Assembly (NCBI GenBank): GCA_034180415.1
Contig: JAXFOK010000005.1
Coordinates: 65,093 to 129,092 of the forward strand
DNA: 64,000 nucleotides
Reading direction: 5' to 3'
Source: Bdellovibrionota bacterium
GTDB taxonomy: Bacteria > Bdellovibrionota_C > UBA2361 > CAKMMH01
Made by a program: the position numbers and the translations under genes. Each line of letters begins with the position of its first letter. Position 1 is the first letter of the stretch. Below the pieces are notes generated by a model, which worked only from the letters and a program-made list of their open reading frames with translations, was not told where the DNA came from and searched no databases. Below are positions 21,145 to 30,129 of this stretch, one piece after another.

Positions 21145-21744
21145 ATGAATAGAAAAAATGATAATTTAGATGAAAGTATTCTAAATGAGAATATGTTTGA
21201 AGAACAGGAAGAACAGGAAGGAAAGGAAGAAGCTTCTTTAAAGGCAGAAAATCCTAAGAATAACAAAAAAATTGCAAAATTGAATGAAGAAATTTCTTCA
21301 TTAAAAAAAGCTCTTTCAGACAGCAAGGAAAAGTATTTAATGGCTCTTGCAGATTTGGAAAATTATAAAAAGAGATCAAGCAAAGAGAGGGCAGATTTAT
21401 TAAAGTATCAAGGGGAACCGATTTTAGTTGATCTTTTAGAGGTTGTTGATAACTTAGACAGGGCTCTAGAGCATGCAGATCAGGAAAATTCTTCGAATGA
21501 TGATATTTGTTCTGGCGTTAAAATGATTCATAAGCAGTTTGTAGATATTCTTAATAAATGGGGAGTAAAATCAGAAGGTTCTGTCGGAAAGATGTTTGAC
21601 CCAGAAAAACATAATGCACTTAGTAAAGTTCCATCTCATGATGCAAAGGTTAATGAAATTATAAGTGAGTTTAAAAAGCTTTATTATTATAAAGATAAAA
21701 TTCTTCGTCATGCGCAAGTTGTAGTATGTTCAAAGGAGGAATAA
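21145..21744 (+). CDS. grpE: nucleotide exchange factor GrpE
   Basis: LMALADLENYKKRSSKERADLLKYQGEPILVDLLEVVDNLDRALEHA is the diagnostic GrpE core; it sits directly upstream of dnaK. Confidence 0.85.
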   Translation: MNRKNDNLDESILNENMFEEQEEQEGKEEASLKAENPKNNKKIAKLNEEISSLKKALSDSKEKYLMALADLENYKKRSSKERADLLKYQGEPILVDLLEVVDNLDRALEHADQENSSNDDICSGVKMIHKQFVDILNKWGVKSEGSVGKMFDPEKHNALSKVPSHDAKVNEIISEFKKLYYYKDKILRHAQVVVCSKEE

Positions 21745-21925
21745 ATATAATTATAAAATAAAAACCATTGGCTATATAACTTTCGAAATTTAAAAAATTT
21801 TTAAATTTTTTACTTGATAAGTTAGATTTTGATGGTTACTTATAAACAATGTAAAAGAAGGAAAGATGAGTTTTTAGTAGAAAATAAATTTTAGTAATAA
21901 TTATAAAAAAGAGAGGTATTTATAT

Positions 21926-23845
21926 ATGGGAAAAATAATTGGTATAGACTTAGGAACAACAAATTCATGTGTTGCTGTAATGGAAGGTAGCTCTGCTGTT
22001 GTAATAGCTAATGCAGAAGGCGCAAGGACTACCCCATCAGTTGTTGCTGTTACTGATTCTAAGGAAAGATTAGTAGGGCAGATTGCAAAAAGACAGGCAG
22101 TTACAAATCCCAAGAATACGATTTTTGCTGTTAAAAGATTAATTGGTAGAAAATATGATTCAGAGGAAGTTAATAGGGCTAAAAAAGTTTTACCTTATGA
22201 GCTTGTTTCTGCAAAAAATGGAGATGCTTGGGTTAAACTTGCAGGAGAGGATAAAAGCCCTCAAGAGATTTCTGCTATGATTTTAGGAAAGATGAAGCAA
22301 GCTGCTGAAGATTACTTAGGAGAAACAGTAACAGATGCTGTAATTACAGTTCCTGCTTACTTTAACGATGCTCAAAGACAAGCAACAAAAGACGCTGGTA
22401 AAATTGCCGGGCTTAATGTTCAAAGAATTATAAACGAGCCTACAGCTGCAGCTCTTTCTTATGGTGTGGAAAAATCAGGTGGTGAAAAGACAATTGCAGT
22501 ATTTGACCTTGGTGGTGGTACGTTTGATATTTCAATCCTTGAGCTTGCAGAAGGTGTGTTCGAAGTAAAATCAACAAATGGTGATACATACTTAGGTGGT
22601 GAAGATTTTGACTTAAGGATTGTTGATTATCTTGCAGATGAATTTAAGAAAGATAATGGTATCGATTTAAGAAATGACACCATGGCACTTCAAAGATTAA
22701 AAGAAGCTGCTGAGAAGGCTAAACATGAGCTTTCATCTTCTATGGAAACAGATGTTAACTTGCCATTTATTACAGCTGATGCATCTGGTCCAAAACATTT
22801 AAATATTAAATTAAGTCGTTCAAAACTTGAACAGTTATGTGCTGACTTATTAGATAGATTAGATGGACCTTGCCAAATAGCTTTAAAAGATGCTGGTATT
22901 TCAACTTCTGATATTCATGATGTTGTACTTGTAGGTGGTATGACTCGTATGCCTGCAGTACAAGAAAGAGTTAAGAGAATATTTGGAAAAGAAGCTTCTA
23001 AAAATGTTAACCCTGACGAAGCTGTAGCAATTGGTGCTGCAATTCAAGGTGGTGTTTTACAAGGTGACGTTAAAGATGTTCTTTTACTTGATGTAACTCC
23101 ATTAAGTTTAGGTATCGAAACATATGGTGGTGTGTTTACAAAGCTTATTGATAAAAACACAACAATTCCTGTAGAAAAATCACAGGTTTTCTCAACTGCT
23201 GCAGATAACCAGCCTGCCGTTTCGATTCATGTTCTTCAAGGTGAAAGAGAGATGGCAAGTGATAATAAAACACTTGGACGTTTTGAGCTCGTTGGTATTC
23301 CACCTGCTCCTCGTGGTATTCCTCAAATTAGAGTTACATTTAAAATTGATAGTAACGGTATTGTTGCTGTATCTGCAAAAGATGAGGGAACAGGAAAAGA
23401 ACAATCAATTACAATTACTGCTTCATCTGGTTTAAGTGATGCGGAAATTGAAAAAATGGTAAAAGATGCTGAGCTTCATGCAGAGGAAGATAAGAATAGA
23501 AAAGAAGCAGTAGAGGCTAAGAATAACCTAGATAACTTAGTTTATACTACTGAAAAGTCAATTAAAGATTTAGATGGTAAACTTCCAGCTAGTGATAAAG
23601 AAAATGTTGAGAAAGAAATTGCCAATGCTAAGAAAGTTCTTGAAACTTCTAGTAATGACAAGAAAGCACTTACTGATGCATATGAATCTTTAATGAAAGT
23701 AAGTCATAAACTTTCAGAGGAAATGTACAAAAATGCTTCTCAGCAAAATCAACAAGCAGCAAGCGGCGCTAGCGATGCAAGCTCAAATGATTCAAAAAAA
23801 TCAGATGATGATGTAGTTGATGCTGACTATGAAGAAGTTAAGTAA
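21926..23845 (+). CDS. dnaK: molecular chaperone DnaK (Hsp70)
   Basis: [39 protein letters not shown] and a C-terminal [13 protein letters not shown] tail. Confidence 0.97.
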   Translation: MGKIIGIDLGTTNSCVAVMEGSSAVVIANAEGARTTPSVVAVTDSKERLVGQIAKRQAVTNPKNTIFAVKRLIGRKYDSEEVNRAKKVLPYELVSAKNGDAWVKLAGEDKSPQEISAMILGKMKQAAEDYLGETVTDAVITVPAYFNDAQRQATKDAGKIAGLNVQRIINEPTAAALSYGVEKSGGEKTIAVFDLGGGTFDISILELAEGVFEVKSTNGDTYLGGEDFDLRIVDYLADEFKKDNGIDLRNDTMALQRLKEAAEKAKHELSSSMETDVNLPFITADASGPKHLNIKLSRSKLEQLCADLLDRLDGPCQIALKDAGISTSDIHDVVLVGGMTRMPAVQERVKRIFGKEASKNVNPDEAVAIGAAIQGGVLQGDVKDVLLLDVTPLSLGIETYGGVFTKLIDKNTTIPVEKSQVFSTAADNQPAVSIHVLQGEREMASDNKTLGRFELVGIPPAPRGIPQIRVTFKIDSNGIVAVSAKDEGTGKEQSITITASSGLSDAEIEKMVKDAELHAEEDKNRKEAVEAKNNLDNLVYTTEKSIKDLDGKLPASDKENVEKEIANAKKVLETSSNDKKALTDAYESLMKVSHKLSEEMYKNASQQNQQAASGASDASSNDSKKSDDDVVDADYEEVK

Positions 23846-23921
23846 CAAGTAGTTTTTAGCATAATTTGACCAAAAGTGTACTTATTTAAGAATTAGTTTA
23901 TAATAAGAAAGCTAATCTTAG

Positions 23922-25100
23922 ATGAGTGCACTTTTTGTTTATAATAAGAAAAATAGGAAAAAGATTTTGGAAAAAAGAGATTATTACGAGGTATTAGGTG
24001 TTTCAAAAAATGCAAGTAAAGCTGATATTAAGAAAGCGTATAGAGTTCTAGCATTAAAGTATCACCCAGATAAAAACAAAGGAGATAAAGAATCAGAGGA
24101 TAAGTTTAAAGAGGCGACGGAAGCATATCAAGTGCTAAGTGATGATGATGCTCGTCAAAAATATGACCAGTTTGGACACGCAGCGTTTGACCAAAATGGT
24201 GGTATGGGTGGAGGCTTTGGAGGATTTGGCGATTTCTCTGGCTTTGAGGATATTTTTGGTGATATTTTTAGTTCGTTCTTTGGCGGTTCAATGCAAGGAG
24301 GGGGGCGTTCAAGAGGACAAGTTGGTGCAGACCTATCTTATGATTTAACTGTTGAATTTGAAGAATCTGTATTTGGTACAGAAAAGGAAATAAAATTAAA
24401 AAGGCGTGTAAAATGTGATGATTGTGATGGTACAGGAGCTCAAAAAGGAACGACAATAGATAAATGTCCACACTGTAAAGGAACAGGCCAAATTAGAATG
24501 CAACAAGGATTTTTTAGCATTAGTAGAACATGCCCAGATTGTCAAGGAAGTGGTCAATTTATTAAAAATAAGTGTCAAACATGTCGAGGAACAGGAAGAA
24601 AATTATCAGAGGCTTCTCTTAAAGTTAAAGTTCCTGCTGGTATTGCTGATGGTCAAAGACTTAAATTAAGAGGTGAAGGAGAATCAGGAATTAATGGTGG
24701 TGAGTCAGGTGACCTTTATGTAAATATCAGAGTTAAGGAACACAAAGTATTTAAACGAGAAGGATATGAGCTTTTTTATGAACTTCCTGTAAATTACACC
24801 ACTCTTGTTCTTGGTGGAAAAGTTGAAATGTTAACTCTTGAAGGAAAAGAGGAATTGGATATTCCGGCAGGTACTCCAGCAGAAAAAGTTTTTAAATTAC
24901 GAAATCGAGGCGTTCAAATTTTAGGCACATCAAGAAGGGGAGACCTTCATATAAAAGTTGTCGTACATGTTCCTACATCAATTTCTGATGATGAAAGAAA
25001 GGCCCTTGAACTTTTAAAACAAGCTGAAAAAAAAGCCCCTAAAGTTACTGAAAAGCAAGGAGAGGGGTTGTTTGATAAGTTTAAGAAAATGTTTGTCTAA
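23922..25100 (+). CDS. dnaJ: co-chaperone DnaJ (Hsp40); the true start is probably TTG at 23967 ([12 protein letters not shown]) with AGGAAAAAG as the SD sequence
   Basis: J-domain ([32 protein letters not shown]), a G/F-rich region, four CxxCxGxG zinc-finger repeats and a C-terminal substrate-binding domain. Confidence 0.93.
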   Translation: MSALFVYNKKNRKKILEKRDYYEVLGVSKNASKADIKKAYRVLALKYHPDKNKGDKESEDKFKEATEAYQVLSDDDARQKYDQFGHAAFDQNGGMGGGFGGFGDFSGFEDIFGDIFSSFFGGSMQGGGRSRGQVGADLSYDLTVEFEESVFGTEKEIKLKRRVKCDDCDGTGAQKGTTIDKCPHCKGTGQIRMQQGFFSISRTCPDCQGSGQFIKNKCQTCRGTGRKLSEASLKVKVPAGIADGQRLKLRGEGESGINGGESGDLYVNIRVKEHKVFKREGYELFYELPVNYTTLVLGGKVEMLTLEGKEELDIPAGTPAEKVFKLRNRGVQILGTSRRGDLHIKVVVHVPTSISDDERKALELLKQAEKKAPKVTEKQGEGLFDKFKKMFV

Positions 25101-25235
25101 TAAAAATGGACGATGCATCGAAAAATCCCGCGTTATCTTACAAAACGCTCCTTTCGCTGTAGAAGGACTACACCTTCAAGTCGCGTTTTATAAGATGCCT
25201 TGTCTTTTTCGCGCCTCGTCCATTTTTATAAAATT
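25100..25235. repeat. about 135-bp element bounded by a 27-bp imperfect inverted repeat (ATAAAAATGGACGAnGCnnCGAAAAA)
   Basis: Left arm taATAAAAATGGACGATGCATCGAAAAAtc (25101-25130). Reverse complement of 25205-25235 is ATAAAAATGGACGAGGCGCGAAAAAg. A third partial copy, GCGATGCATCC, lies at 25236-25250. GC-rich relative to the surrounding native DNA. Confidence 0.4.
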
Positions 25236-25408
25236 AGCGATGCATCCAAATATACTTCGTTATTTGAGAGAGATGACTTTCCTCGCTGCATTACCAGTAC
25301 AGCTCCGGAGATGTCCTCTCAAATGCCTAATTAACGCCTCATCAATCATCATTTAAGGTTGATACGTTTTTTCTTTTAGTTATTATCATCGCAAGGGAAG
25401 AAGCGAAA

Positions 25409-26129
25409 TATGACATTTTTTAGTATGAAAATGCGTGCGAGTCGTACAGATGGCGAAACGACTTTTCATGTATCTGGTGCCGAAAAGATACTTTCTGAAC
25501 CAGAGCTTGTCGTGAATGCAAGGGCATTGATTGAACGGGCACTTCATCATGCAAAGGGAGATGCTGATTATATTTAGTTGAAAATAGAAAAAGCTACACC
25601 GGAAAGTATAGAATATATTGATGCACTACCTGTTCATACTATTGAAGTGGATGATGTAGCATAAGGGCACGAGGCGATTTTGTCACTCTTAATGAAGCTT
25701 GGATTGAAAAATGGTGCTGACATTATGAAAAAATTTCATGAAACTTATGCAATGCGTGGTGCAATGTTATTAGATGTTGACTCTTTGGATCGTTTAGAGC
25801 CAGACCACGCTCGTGGAATACGTGCCACTTATATGGATTCAGAGCACTCTCTATTACGTCCTGTTGATGATGGTAAAAATCATTTTCAATAAGCCATTGT
25901 CCTTGCTAGCAAGGTGTCAAATACACCACACATTATAGCTGAAATCTGTATTTTCGATGATCCTGACTACGTGACAGGTTATGTCGCTTCAAAGCAGACA
26001 GGTTATGTGCGTATAACGAAGCTTAAGGAAATAGGTAATCCAGACGATGGGCGTATTTTCCTTTATCGCGGTCAAAGAGAAGAGGTAAAAATACTATCAA
26101 ATATCTTGAGAAGTAAATTGTCTTAGTAA
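25409..26129 (+). pseudogene. bioW: 6-carboxyhexanoate-CoA ligase (pimeloyl-CoA synthetase) BioW, full length in one frame but interrupted by three in-frame stop codons
   Basis: Single-frame translation MTFFSMKMRASRTDGETTFHVSGAEKIL...KGDADYI*LKIEK...VDDVA*GHEAIL...GKNHFQ*AIVLASKVSNTPHIIAEICIFDDPDYVTGYVASKQTGYVRITKLKEIGNPDDGRIFLY... aligns end to end with Bacillus-type BioW (YSVRMRAS...HISGGERL; AVVAELCWSDDPDYITGYVAGKKMGYQRITAMKEYG..GCRVFF). Internal stops: TAG ending at 25576, TAA at 25661 and TAA at 25893. The region is GC-richer than the genome background. Confidence 0.7.
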
Positions 26130-26132
26130 AAA

Positions 26133-26586
26133 ACGCACCAGATATACAAATTTCAGAAACTGCATACAGATCCGTGGCAGGTTCTTGCTAACAATTTAGA
26201 GCAACTAAAAAATGCAGGACTTTACCGAAGTATTACGACTATCGACTCGCCTCAAAGTGTTCATGTAACTATAGGTGGCAAGAATTTCTTAATGCTTGCT
26301 TCTAATTCCTACCTTGGATTGACGGATGAACCTCGTGTCTGCCATGCTGCATCTGATGCGACGTTACGATTTCGGTGCAGGGGCTGGTGGGTCACGGTTC
26401 ACTACAGAGAGTTTGCAACTTTATGACGAGCTTGAAAAGGCTCTCTCAGATTTTAAAGGAACTGAAGTAACACTACTTTTTAACACGGGTTATATGGCAA
26501 ATGTTGGTATATTGTCAGCCCTTAAATTAAATCGTAAATACCCTGTAATTTCTCGAATCAAATGCACATTTGTGCAAAAATTTTGA
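26133..26586 (+). pseudogene. bioF: 8-amino-7-oxononanoate synthase BioF, N-terminal about 150 aa only, with one frameshift and a premature stop
   Basis: Continues in the bioW frame: ...WQVLANNLEQLKNAGLYRSITTIDSPQSVHVTIGGKNFLMLASNSYLGLTDEPRV. After a frameshift near 26338 it reads HLMRRYDFGAGAGGSRFTTESLQLYDELEKALSDFKGTEVTLLFNTGYMANVGILSAL, which matches the BioF blocks NYLGL...FGTGSSGSRLTTGN...LEKKIA.FK.TEAALLFSSGYLANVGVLSSL. The frame ends at 26586 and native AT-rich sequence resumes. Confidence 0.65.
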
Positions 26587-26684
26587 GTATCATCACACTA
26601 ACGGGTTTACTAAAATTTTGGATTAATCAGTGTTTCCTTAGAGCTTTACAATGCTCTTGATACCTAATTAGTTTTTGATATTTG

Positions 26685-26990
26685 TTAATCTTCATTATCA
26701 AAATAAGGCCTAATTATTTTATATGGTTCTTTGCCGTGGATGCCAGGCCTGTAATAGTATATGTATCCTTTAGGTTCGTGCTTTTCAAGTGCAAGCTTCT
26801 TTTTTTCTTTTTCTGCTTCTGCTTTGGCTTTTTTACTTCTTTCAACTCTTGCATGTTTTGTATCTTTAATAAATCCTATAAACCAAAATACACCACTAAT
26901 TAATGAAAGGATAATTATAATTAAAAATATTAAACTTCCTTCACCTTCACCTTTTTGATTTCTATGACATTTACTAAAAAATCTAAGCAT
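26685..26990 (-). CDS. small membrane protein, hypothetical (one TM helix plus a Lys/Glu-rich tail)
   Basis: ORF last in a same-strand trio (SurA-like, UvrA-like, then this one); hydrophobic segment LIFLIIIILSLISGVFWFIGFI. Confidence 0.3.
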   Translation of the reverse strand: MLRFFSKCHRNQKGEGEGSLIFLIIIILSLISGVFWFIGFIKDTKHARVERSKKAKAEAEKEKKKLALEKHEPKGYIYYYRPGIHGKEPYKIIRPYFDNED

Positions 26991-27042
26991 AACAATATGA
27001 ACCTATAAATAAAATCTCACGAATTTTAATCAATACAATTTA

Positions 27043-28944
27043 TTAAATTGCTTCTAATATTATCGTATTATTTTCTATAGAACTTTCAAGTATATCTATA
27101 AATCGTAATTTTTGAGAATTACTTAAGAATGAAAAGGCATTTTTAATGATATAAAGATTTGAATTTTGTAACTCATTGAAATTGCTAAATATGTTAATTG
27201 TATTAATAATATTGCTAGTCAAATTATCCGTTTGGAAATTAAGCCTTAATTCCCCAAGTTTCATTTTGTTTAGTAGATCAATTTGATAGTATATCTTTTT
27301 AAAATTCTTAAAAAATTCTGATGCCTCAGTTATATTAAAGTTGTAAACTTCTTTTAAAGTTACATTTTTAAATTTTAAATTTAAAATAGTGTCATTAAAT
27401 AAATTTCCATTACATTTAGGACATATCTTATATATACCTTCTATTTCCTTAATCTTTCCTTTACCTTGGCAAATTTTGCACAAATACTTATTGCTTGTTT
27501 TTAAGAAAAAATCTTTTTTTTGAAGTCCTATAACCTTAGCATCTGTAGTTTGTAAAAAAATGTCATTAATCTTACTAAAGATATCTAAAAGATTCATTAA
27601 TGTTGTACTTTTAAAAAATAATGGATAAATAATATTAACCTTTTTATATAGATTACTTTCTTTTGCTAAATTAATAATATTTTCTAAATTTTTGTAAGAA
27701 ATAATATTAACTTTATTTTTAGTTATTGTTGTTTGCAGTTTAACACTATTTCTTTGCTTAATTATTAAATTGCTATCTGTATGCTTAGTTAAGTTATAAA
27801 CCTTATCAAAATTAAGTGAAAATATATCATTATTATTTTCAAATATTATTATAGATATATTCTTTAATTCTTTTAGGATTTGTTCTAAATATTTTCTCTC
27901 TATAAATGAAAGGGGATTTTGAATTATTAGGATATCATTTTTATTAATTTTATTTTTTATATCTATATAATTTAAAATATAACTTAATGTTAAATTGTTT
28001 ATTTGAGATAAAAAATTTAAAGATTCTAAACCAAAATTAATAAAATTTGCTAACAAATTTTTTATTCGTATATTCTCAATTTTTGAAATTAAGATATTAA
28101 ATGGATCGTTAAGTAAAGAAGATAAACTTATATTGTTATAAAAAATATTACTTAAAGAATTTAAATCTGAATTTTTATTGAAATTATATTTTGAAGTAGG
28201 AAAATCAAATTCGTATGAACAATTTTTGCAAATAAATTTATCATTAATGTTATAAATTTTAAAATTATTATTTTTAGTAGAGAATATAAAGAAATCATTA
28301 GTTTGGTTTTTATAATCGTTTAAAATGCTATTAAATTGATTTTTAAATGTAGTAAAATTTGATAGTGATATTTTATTTTTTACGATGTAAAAATTATTTA
28401 TTTCCTTAGTGTTTATATCATCAATGTCAATTATGCTGTCATTATAGATTATATTAAATATGCCTTTTTTAATAAGCTCTTTAACGTTAATGTTGTCAGT
28501 TATGCATTTATTTTCACCAATAGCTATAATATCACCTTGATAATTATCAAAAATATTTTTTGTTAAACTTTGAGTACTATTTTTTTCTAATATATGACCA
28601 CATTTGGGACATTTGTAAGATAATGCGGGGTCATTTTTTAATATTTCATTTAATACATTAAATTTGTTTAAAATATTAAAAGAGTCATTTTGATAATCTA
28701 AACAATAAATGTTGCTATAAAAATTATTAATTTGGCTATTAATACTTAATGGGGGAATGATTCCAAAATTTATAAGTTTATAATTTTCATTTTTAATTAA
28801 AGTATAGTTTTTTAAGTTCTTATATAAAAAAAACGTATCATTTAACTTTGATGAAAAAAGTAAAGAATGCTTATGGTATTCGAAAGAAAACTTATCTATT
28901 GAAAAATTTAATGTATCGTTATTCTTTAATCCTTTATTAACCAT
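27043..28944 (-). CDS. UvrA-derived protein with conserved zinc-finger/helix region but degenerate ATPase motifs (ATPase-dead UvrA relic), 633 aa
   Basis: C-terminal CKICQGKGKIKEIEGIYKICPKCNGNLFNDTILNLKFKNVTLKEVYNFNITEASEFFKN aligns with the UvrA zinc-finger 3 region [63 protein letters not shown]. Walker A position reads YPLFFKSTTLMN (expected GVSGSGKSTLIN). The signature position reads LNFQTDNLTSN (expected LSGGEAQR). The Walker B position reads LYIIKNAF (expected LYILDEPT). The ORF stops at the H-loop position. Additional CxxC pairs are CPKCGH and CKNC. Confidence 0.6.
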   Translation of the reverse strand: MVNKGLKNNDTLNFSIDKFSFEYHKHSLLFSSKLNDTFFLYKNLKNYTLIKNENYKLINFGIIPPLSINSQINNFYSNIYCLDYQNDSFNILNKFNVLNEILKNDPALSYKCPKCGHILEKNSTQSLTKNIFDNYQGDIIAIGENKCITDNINVKELIKKGIFNIIYNDSIIDIDDINTKEINNFYIVKNKISLSNFTTFKNQFNSILNDYKNQTNDFFIFSTKNNNFKIYNINDKFICKNCSYEFDFPTSKYNFNKNSDLNSLSNIFYNNISLSSLLNDPFNILISKIENIRIKNLLANFINFGLESLNFLSQINNLTLSYILNYIDIKNKINKNDILIIQNPLSFIERKYLEQILKELKNISIIIFENNNDIFSLNFDKVYNLTKHTDSNLIIKQRNSVKLQTTITKNKVNIISYKNLENIINLAKESNLYKKVNIIYPLFFKSTTLMNLLDIFSKINDIFLQTTDAKVIGLQKKDFFLKTSNKYLCKICQGKGKIKEIEGIYKICPKCNGNLFNDTILNLKFKNVTLKEVYNFNITEASEFFKNFKKIYYQIDLLNKMKLGELRLNFQTDNLTSNIINTINIFSNFNELQNSNLYIIKNAFSFLSNSQKLRFIDILESSIENNTIILEAI

Positions 28945-28958
28945 AAAAAGTTAGTAAT

Positions 28959-29888
28959 CTAAAATTTTTTATCTATAGAATAATTTTTATAAATTTCTTT
29001 TGAAAAGTAAGAATCAATAGCATCTTTTAAATGTTCTTCTTCAAGTTTTGCTTTTATAATTCTCTTTTCTTCTTCTGTCGGCTTTTTTGTCGCATCTTTT
29101 TTGGCAACTTGGAATATGTAATATGCATTTTCTGTGTCAACAATTTTTGATACTTCATTTTCGCTAAGTTGAGAAATTGCATTAAATATTTCATTTGATA
29201 ATTCATTTAACTCAAATTCACCTAAATACCCTCCATTTTTTGCATCCGGAGTTTCTGAATATTTTTTAGCTACTTCTTTAAAATCATCATTTTTAAGAGC
29301 TTCTAAAATATCTTTTAAAACTTTTAAGCTTTCAGCCTCAGTCTTATTACCTTTTAGTATGCAAATTTGATTAAGTGAAATTTTACTATTTAATAAATTA
29401 TTTTCATTAACCTTTTTAATATAGGAATTAATTTCTTCATCGGTTACGGCTGCTCCATTTCTAATAATATTGGAAGCAATTTTTGATTTTAAAATATCAC
29501 TTCTTATTTGTTCTTTATAATTTTTAAAAGAAATATTTTGTTTTTTTAATTCTTCTTTGAAAGCAGGGACTGTTAATGAATTTTTGTTTGCTATTTGCGA
29601 AATGTAACTATCTAGTTCTTTATCGGAAACACTTAGTCTCTTTTTTTGACCTTCTAATTCAACTATCGTGTCTAGTATAGCAGCATCTACAATTTTACTA
29701 GCCTGAAGATTGTTTTTTAAATCATCATATGTCAAATGTTTGTTATATTTTTTATTTATATCTGATAATGTTATAGGTTTATCGTTAATTGTTGCAACTA
29801 TAGCATCTAAAAAAAGTTCAGCATTTGCATTAATAATTGGCGTAAATAAAATAACGGCTAATACTAAGAAACGTAATTTTTTTATCAT
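28959..29888 (-). CDS. SurA/PrsA-family periplasmic foldase (SurA N-domain plus parvulin-type PPIase domain) with signal peptide
   Basis: Signal peptide MIKKLRFLVLAVILFTPIINANA; SurA_N-like AIVATINDKPITLSDI; parvulin block ETPDAKNGGYLGEFELNELSNEIFNAISQLSENEVSKIVDTENAYYIFQV. Confidence 0.55.
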   Translation of the reverse strand: MIKKLRFLVLAVILFTPIINANAELFLDAIVATINDKPITLSDINKKYNKHLTYDDLKNNLQASKIVDAAILDTIVELEGQKKRLSVSDKELDSYISQIANKNSLTVPAFKEELKKQNISFKNYKEQIRSDILKSKIASNIIRNGAAVTDEEINSYIKKVNENNLLNSKISLNQICILKGNKTEAESLKVLKDILEALKNDDFKEVAKKYSETPDAKNGGYLGEFELNELSNEIFNAISQLSENEVSKIVDTENAYYIFQVAKKDATKKPTEEEKRIIKAKLEEEHLKDAIDSYFSKEIYKNYSIDKKF

Positions 29889-30129
29889 AATAACACACTC
29901 TTTTTATTAAAAATTTTACTTTTTAAATATACAAGTTTATTTATTTCATATCAACAATTTGGGTTTAAAACCCTGTGTTATTTTTGTGATATTTTCATAT
30001 ATATGTGTAGTTTTAGAGATTAAATTAAAGAATATTTTAATGAATTCCGATTTTTAAACATTGAGAGTAAAGATGCAAGAATATTTTTGTAATTATTTAT
30101 GTTAATTTTTACCAAAAGGAGTTTTTTAA

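Noticed and set aside
25409-26129. The possibility that the in-frame TAG and TAA codons in bioW are read-through or recoded (an alternative genetic code)
   Set aside because: All ribosomal protein, chaperone and polymerase genes in the window terminate normally at TAA or TAG under the standard code, and there is no selenocysteine or pyrrolysine context. Simple inactivation explains the stops.
25072-26586. ORF-track entries 25072-25356, 25680-25892, 25914-26126 and 26326-26586 as independent genes
   Set aside because: The middle two are consecutive segments of one bioW reading frame separated by in-frame stops. 26326-26586 is the post-frameshift piece of bioF. 25072-25356 has no similarity and spans the inverted-repeat element.
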